Shown: one piece after another, positions 61,601 to 64,000 of the stretch | Position numbering within the stretch: position 1 is the stretch's first letter | Layout of the letters: the number at the start of each line of letters is the position of its first letter | Source: an uncultured Bradymonadales bacterium | Lineage (GTDB): Bacteria > Myxococcota_A > Bradymonadia > JAFGEP01 | Direction: 5' to 3' | Assembly: GCA_964503485.1 (NCBI GenBank) | Contig: CAZDBH010000002.1 | Span: 508 to 64,507 of the forward strand | Length of the DNA stretch: 64,000 nucleotides | Program-made: the position numbers and the translations under genes | Notes under the pieces: generated by a model | What the model saw: only the letters and a program-made list of their open reading frames with translations | Database searches by the model: none | Told to the model about the DNA's origin: nothing

Positions 61601-64000
61601 ACACTGTTGACCGTCCACGGCGACATCACGATGGAAGACAGCGACTGGCGCCAGCGTTCTGCTGCCTTGGATATCGTTATGCTGCCCAACGCGCCCGAAG
61701 ACGGCAGCATCCACATGGATGACTCCACCATCGTTCTGCTCGACAGCGCGCCCGACCCAGCTGTTAGTTTTACCAGCTCGGGTGTTGGCAACCTTCTGGA
61801 CCAGGGCTCCTTTGTCGAGATTCCCAACATCAACGTGATTGGCGCCAGTGGCGTCTGGAATATCAATGGGACCAGTGCCGCCAATCGAAGCGGGATGAAG
61901 GGCACTAACATCACCTTTACCAACATCGACGACCTAACTGTCGGCACTTGGGCGTACCTGGAAGGCAACGTCGATGTCACAGCCAACAACACCATCACCA
62001 CGTCCCGCTCAACAGACCCGGCATCAGCGACCTATGTATCGGCCGATGGTGTCGCTTGTGCAGGACCGCAACCCGGAGGCGCAGCCGCGGGCGGCGGGCA
62101 CGGTGGGGCAGGCGGTGACGGTATCGGCCTTGGTGGCGACTACTACGACAACGCAATCCTACCGCTTCTCGGTGGCAGCGAGGGCGGCAACGGGGCAACC
62201 GGAACCGGCGGCTGCGGCGGAGGTGTCGTCACCTTCACCGCACCCACATGCACCATCGACTCTCTGGTAACCGCCAACGGCGCAGATGGCATTGTGGACG
62301 GTGGAGGCGGATCAGGTGGATCGATCGTCCTCGCCTGCGCGGCCCTCACGTTTACCAACCCATCGACCAGTGTGCTCACCGCCCAGGGCGGAGACGGCAC
62401 GGGCGTAGCCGGCGGCGGTGGCGGTGGAACTGTGAGTATCGTCACTGACACTGAGGTGGCGAATGTCGAGTGTGACGTCGACGGTGGTACCGGAGCCACA
62501 GGCGACGGTGGAATCGGAAACTGTAGTCAACGCTACGGAACCGCCGCGCCATACTCGCTGCGAGTCGCCGAAGGCTTCCGAATGCAGGAGAACGACCGCG
62601 CCAACCTCGGGGCCGGCGCCGCGCCCCCGGCGGTGGCTCTAGATACCTTCCTCGCCGAGTCTGGAACTGAGGTGACGAGCAACTTCAGTGAGACCTCGGG
62701 CGGAACGGGTCTGATCGAGGCCGACAATGACTTCACGCTAGAAACTGTCGCAAAATGGGACCCCTGGGCCGCGACGAACCTGACCGTGCACGAGACGCTC
62801 TACTGGCAGCAAGACAGCTACGTAGGCAGCTCGGTCAACTCACCAGATATGGCGTTGAACGTCGGCACCTTCGCTTTCTTCCGAAATCAAGCCGAACTGG
62901 GCGACGTGATCGTGCGGGCAATCCCCGGAAAGGCCCCGAGTGTCGAATTTGGCGATCTGGCTGGAGGGTCCTTCGGACCGTGGTACGCCAACCGCACAGA
63001 CGTCCATCTCACAAACACGGGAGTCCTAACCGGCGACATTACTCACTTCTCTCCCTACCAAATCGACGCCAATGGGCGCGGTAGCGCGGGTGGTGTCTCC
63101 GAAGACGAGTCAGGCACCGGTCCCGGCGGTGGAGAATACGGTCGCAATGCAGGTGGCGCCGGCGGCGGTTCGGGCGGCCGAGGTGCCCAGCCGCAGGTCG
63201 TTATCGGGTCAACACCCTCCCCCGGGCTCTACGCAGGTACTTCTCGCAATCCCAATGCCACGGGCGGCGGTGGCGGCGTTGGTTTCATTACGGCTCCCGG
63301 CCTCTCGGCCGGCGGTAACGGTGGTGGTCAAGTACGGTTGGCGGCGACACTCGTCGATGTAGCCAGTACGATCAGCGCCGACGGAGCCGCTGGCTCGACG
63401 AGTTCCGACTTCCAAACAGGCGGCGGCGGCGGCGGTGGTGGCCAAATCGCGATTCAGGCAGCAGGGCTCACAGTCAATCCAGCGACGACTCTCTTCTTTG
63501 CTCGCGGTGGCGCGTCTGGAACCGGTGTACAGGCGGCAGGTGGTGCCGGTGGTGGCGGTCGCGTCATGATCACACTCGAAGGGGGATCGGCTGCTGCTGC
63601 CGAGACCCTCGCGGACCAACTCAACGCGACATTGGGCCACGTCGATCCCGGCCTGAACTGGGATCCGGCCAATGGTGCTGAGGTTGGGACGATGGGTGTT
63701 CTCTGGGTCGGCCCGCCCAACCAGGATCAGCTCTTCGCCGTCAGCGGTTGGCGACACGACGACTTCCAAGCGGTTCTTCTAGATCGCTTCGATGCCACAC
63801 GGTCCGTTTTTGTTCACGATTTGGGTCTTCCGGCTGTCACAATCAGCGCTGGAACGCAGCTCGAGCTCGACGGGGTGGAATGGGGCGCGAATGACGACGT
63901 CACCTTCATCACTCCGTCTATTCTGTTTGACGCCGTCGTCTTCAAGATGGTCGGAACACTCTCATTTCAGGTCGATACGCCAACCACGGTCAACGGCTCA
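52697..64000 (+). CDS. Giant (>3760 aa, 3'-truncated by the window end) secreted glycine/Asn/Thr-rich beta-helical repeat protein (adhesin/autotransporter-passenger-like).
   Basis: ATG at 52697 (frame 2) opens MSHFLRRLISVLAVVGVVCGFVPLATAHDP (signal peptide). No stop in this frame to position 64000; every track ORF in this span lies in another frame or strand. Recurrent G.L.LNGGT(F/L), DGG…, NGN…, and poly-Gly tracts (GGGGGGGQIAIQAAG, GGAGGGGRVMITLEGG) typical of parallel beta-helix/pectate-lyase-like adhesin repeats. Confidence 0.7.
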   Translation, partial: MSHFLRRLISVLAVVGVVCGFVPLATAHDPITDETMNNIGNCSSGTPGYNCQNLAQSGSDLALLGNTSGLSTWAFNDGGTAVISVGTGFPILFGGNTYTTAYISPNGFVSFNNEPGIEPPMYNDYPALPNGTGAGNRPNNGVAIHGTDLQHNGTLWQGDNDGVIRYGTRGSTPNRQFIVWFHSGKHFANSDHCGPTENYRINSMAVWEENNPGYFRLILDNASTDCPTPIVLSGEEAETIGFENAAGNGATFWRERSRSSFHGFGWAHHEQHRDRVVNRTLHMTHDEAPRPCVTPVADGSFTCTNAAWGPWEGTAGAYDIGRADDGSVYIDLNNFPGGGSCVDAGAPTWYAYIGGDAQPGVYMNRNGWVGLESSTSSDYVPEPGDNSSDPNTIVAGFWDDLYSLGGNGAVYAECKGTAPNREAYFTWENVPHLWNSTKTATFQIVLKENLGDFEIRWLMATPDSSPNNVSSWQNPAGDGEVIYVGNTDPIIEERVLLDNHLNGCGVVPEIIVGNGENREINCDVLTTRLDVHPNGTLTIANNSTFIAKYEDDIVRYIGGDLIIEAGSVFQTDEIDRWNSCLESNASFTDSANDRFVFDENATITVNGEMNLDLCISDWQTDWEFHWLGDITVNAGGKIQSVRSGGGSLPFPPPTPEITDYGLWRMRNTNQNASLTINGGTTSLGQLYVMDQGILTINAATVQIAKILRIGDNSTMNLGVGTGLHITDGTLICEGDITMSGGTLNIDGDADFPTGGTPGGYNIFTDITTNDVYERIWETGVTDTIIIGYAPDTFYRSLHVTDTCNFVMNSGTLTAETGLSVDGGTFDLNGGNVVFGDSPAPVAMTGLTNVTDGGTLDLNGGTFTTAYVGADLLQTNGDVNWSGGTVSIGGDVLVSLSETFVATAGATDFDVAGNFALYGTMDHTGNGTFDIASQLRTYGGGDWNSSAGMLEAGTIQIDADSELDITSTGDLNVIDTVSVVCNTTTDMAHFGLDGNITKEVGEVFIGNGTDNDCRAEMVMTGTGRVDCDNIVIANTGLFQMDNGTLDCDDGSGGYGLRVGDYGRYEQNGGIADFYYDVLIGEDINGFTGPSSPHGDGDNFELTGGQFSTSRFSADFDLVNSGRAHLVNGVVLLINANADLRLFDNSYMDVDPGARLSAADGLHVLDTSTLDLDDNVTSTSPYDMDFGGPIEVEGTLTLRDRADIRGVGYYSYDYTLGGTPDGGGGSVDMLNRSTMVINGDFDGREDGQISLANRAVLTVNGNVANTDNHDFLVNNGNTGFGVIVNGNVTNSGTGSTINVGNKGGFDVTGLFDNLASGSFLYLSSDTSTINQFSNAGTFIKNLANSTLVFSNGWANTGTSTHSDGVIRLDAGVFSVAGGNVYLNETFDQNSNSAASVTGGVVHVTNSNSDWNNPNAHINVNSTGGGQILMSDGNIDHGVGFDINVDGDNALDWSGGDINGGGLRVNSGAQTFDGTAEGVFARTFFVEDGATVVLDAANGGGWEFDLQGGTLLEGNVTQSGANEVRTTTFQVDVGSITTDGRYRQDTSELEVTGNATFNGGDFLSQGAAVTDFQGSLTTNAGGDGPDLLFRGNTSVGDVVDQNAGTLIIDGIGAAPGQFIVSGSTIPSHTINNADFSAIMGAVYLNSTGFTHTSGTFNANDSSVRLSFGAGNDAVFSSVTGTITDAGISVADRLEIKDGSAFTVTDGASPYSISVGGTLEVSSVAASQSTFTIDQLPATSVSFGGLWVGGNAEATFSASGGAKTYDFGLVSVSTGGHYCDGATNRCSVVVDNKGVAFTGRLIVGDNVTFDLDESVYISRGDLEVGETAIVNVTGSGLQDEVFLDTVYGTPRIEIDGEVHVNNFISEGDTILSDSGGAALLDVWTDATFNGGTGDLNANGVFDVGNNLTTSSAAIDSESLVTVGNNMTVDGGNWYQDTNDLSVASRLIVDGAAADHGDLQTLGGVTSFETLLVRSYGDWLITTPGSAETTNTQTGIPVPAAARVLANGTLTVTNTTLDLINGVVDGTGVSPGGANLLVRGDVTNNGTIWVHRQLAVDDLGQLNTSGVFNVSRNTGGQYSMIGCGTNGNCSSPGVAGILNSGDLNFGNDLLVARRYDSVGGNQNTGCRSFPCFPGNTNGTDEGAIWVEPGALFLTSANSTVTTATGTAARNGCSATDAFISAGTSTFGGGLATINGDVCVSGTGDMAADGTAGFSRIIIAGVSGGVDDAVITVNSGGSFALDGDALVQGNDYLGSPGSTLSLTGNGPNQNIDFNGDGLGAFDVPGPVLQLDADVGGVAENVVRTGTLDQQDGTVWADSIVSILGVGSVSVVEADARLYGQYLQVSSVTTSFTVNDTAQVIMAADAFDNTTQNQFNSQVLFDDSSVFTTTQDVFVGGAGQLAFRGTTFTMDDAVTTDLVLSVAPDSTASFEGGVANVDGHLHLTEGTAGPVQPATLSMSNNAQLTVTTNDDSAYFLGGIVNLLDTSRLTLSSFMLKSNTDPDTNAADRAQITVYQDAWLIADLPGTTLPAGYSCTDPAYGPSGAGPTFSNHQWCSRLHGNARIDVVDNGTFDTDNRLIINSDSSFTANGQWDADPSTRLGLHVVDTADLVSRWLPGGNSLHGISVRQDAVLVAEDSATIDAGVIHANTVGTNSGWAGTLVLADSASLQVDYLNLDGNSRMLYYGLPTTVIRNLPAYAALHALLPWELDLPDNSVVAAPADGLYGTTNPGPGTPPGFACGGGGGGQVTPGGGGQDDSNNPSGVGGICGGCDTFDVHPTSTETMFVPPGVSSRGGDGGPAIFGGFASSRIYFYGEDGTLLHLWGDMLANGGDAPDNNCAGGGASGGSIYVEGDDLDIGSSLTVTADGGDGGQNAAQTEWRGGGGAGGTIQFIYRNNAGGSGDFRRVYSRGGSGYEDGTHGTAVLAEWNPILNRIQNVDSTYLVFKSAATDSFTFYSRWNQLNPINPSIRGEVTEFGDTLLTVHGDITMEDSDWRQRSAALDIVMLPNAPEDGSIHMDDSTIVLLDSAPDPAVSFTSSGVGNLLDQGSFVEIPNINVIGASGVWNINGTSAANRSGMKGTNITFTNIDDLTVGTWAYLEGNVDVTANNTITTSRSTDPASATYVSADGVACAGPQPGGAAAGGGHGGAGGDGIGLGGDYYDNAILPLLGGSEGGNGATGTGGCGGGVVTFTAPTCTIDSLVTANGADGIVDGGGGSGGSIVLACAALTFTNPSTSVLTAQGGDGTGVAGGGGGGTVSIVTDTEVANVECDVDGGTGATGDGGIGNCSQRYGTAAPYSLRVAEGFRMQENDRANLGAGAAPPAVALDTFLAESGTEVTSNFSETSGGTGLIEADNDFTLETVAKWDPWAATNLTVHETLYWQQDSYVGSSVNSPDMALNVGTFAFFRNQAELGDVIVRAIPGKAPSVEFGDLAGGSFGPWYANRTDVHLTNTGVLTGDITHFSPYQIDANGRGSAGGVSEDESGTGPGGGEYGRNAGGAGGGSGGRGAQPQVVIGSTPSPGLYAGTSRNPNATGGGGGVGFITAPGLSAGGNGGGQVRLAATLVDVASTISADGAAGSTSSDFQTGGGGGGGGQIAIQAAGLTVNPATTLFFARGGASGTGVQAAGGAGGGGRVMITLEGGSAAAAETLADQLNATLGHVDPGLNWDPANGAEVGTMGVLWVGPPNQDQLFAVSGWRHDDFQAVLLDRFDATRSVFVHDLGLPAVTISAGTQLELDGVEWGANDDVTFITPSILFDAVVFKMVGTLSFQVDTPTTVNGS

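Noticed and set aside
63180-63560. Repetitive ggcggcggcggtggt tracts (possible CRISPR/microsatellite)
   Set aside because: They are in-frame Gly codons inside the giant ORF (poly-Gly segments). There is no repeat-spacer periodicity, so not a CRISPR array.
1-64000. tRNA/rRNA genes and mobile elements
   Set aside because: Scanned intergenic regions for T-loop GGTTCGA/GTTCRANYC signatures and for transposase/integrase-like ORFs or terminal inverted repeats. None found.

Overview
High-GC (~65-70%) bacterial chromosome window, most likely a deltaproteobacterium / Myxococcota-like organism (inferred from GC content, many Cys-rich secreted lipoproteins, Ser/Thr kinase-STAND fusions and TSP3/OmpA proteins). 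Three regions: (i) 0.9-18 kb is ordinary housekeeping: malic enzyme, adenosine-deaminase family, ThiD-like kinase, Cys/Met PLP enzyme, rhomboid, UDP-glucose dehydrogenase, MBL hydrolase, aminotransferase, TatA/B-TatC and PBP1A. (ii) 18-37 kb is an envelope/surface region: Cys-rich lipoproteins, a LolC/E permease, a kinase-AAA-TPR STAND protein, a four-gene outer-membrane operon that includes an OmpA/thrombospondin-type-3 protein interrupted by a single in-frame TGA, a CPBP-domain membrane protein, Lnt and an exosortase-family protein. (iii) 37-64 kb is an accessory-looking block of giant secreted proteins: 1365 aa and 2283 aa paralogues built from N-terminal Cys-rich modules plus tandem PPC-like domains, a CRTAC1/ASPIC-UnbV FG-GAP protein, and a >3760-aa glycine-rich beta-helical ORF that runs off the window end. 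No rRNA, tRNA, CRISPR or transposase/integrase genes were recognised. The most interesting signals are the exosortase tightly coupled to a giant Cys-rich/PPC protein and sitting next to Lnt and a CPBP protease (a candidate surface-protein anchoring locus), the in-frame TGA at a conserved Cys codon, and a K/A-rich TatB tail that keeps coding in frame across two stop codons into a histone-H1-like mini-ORF.
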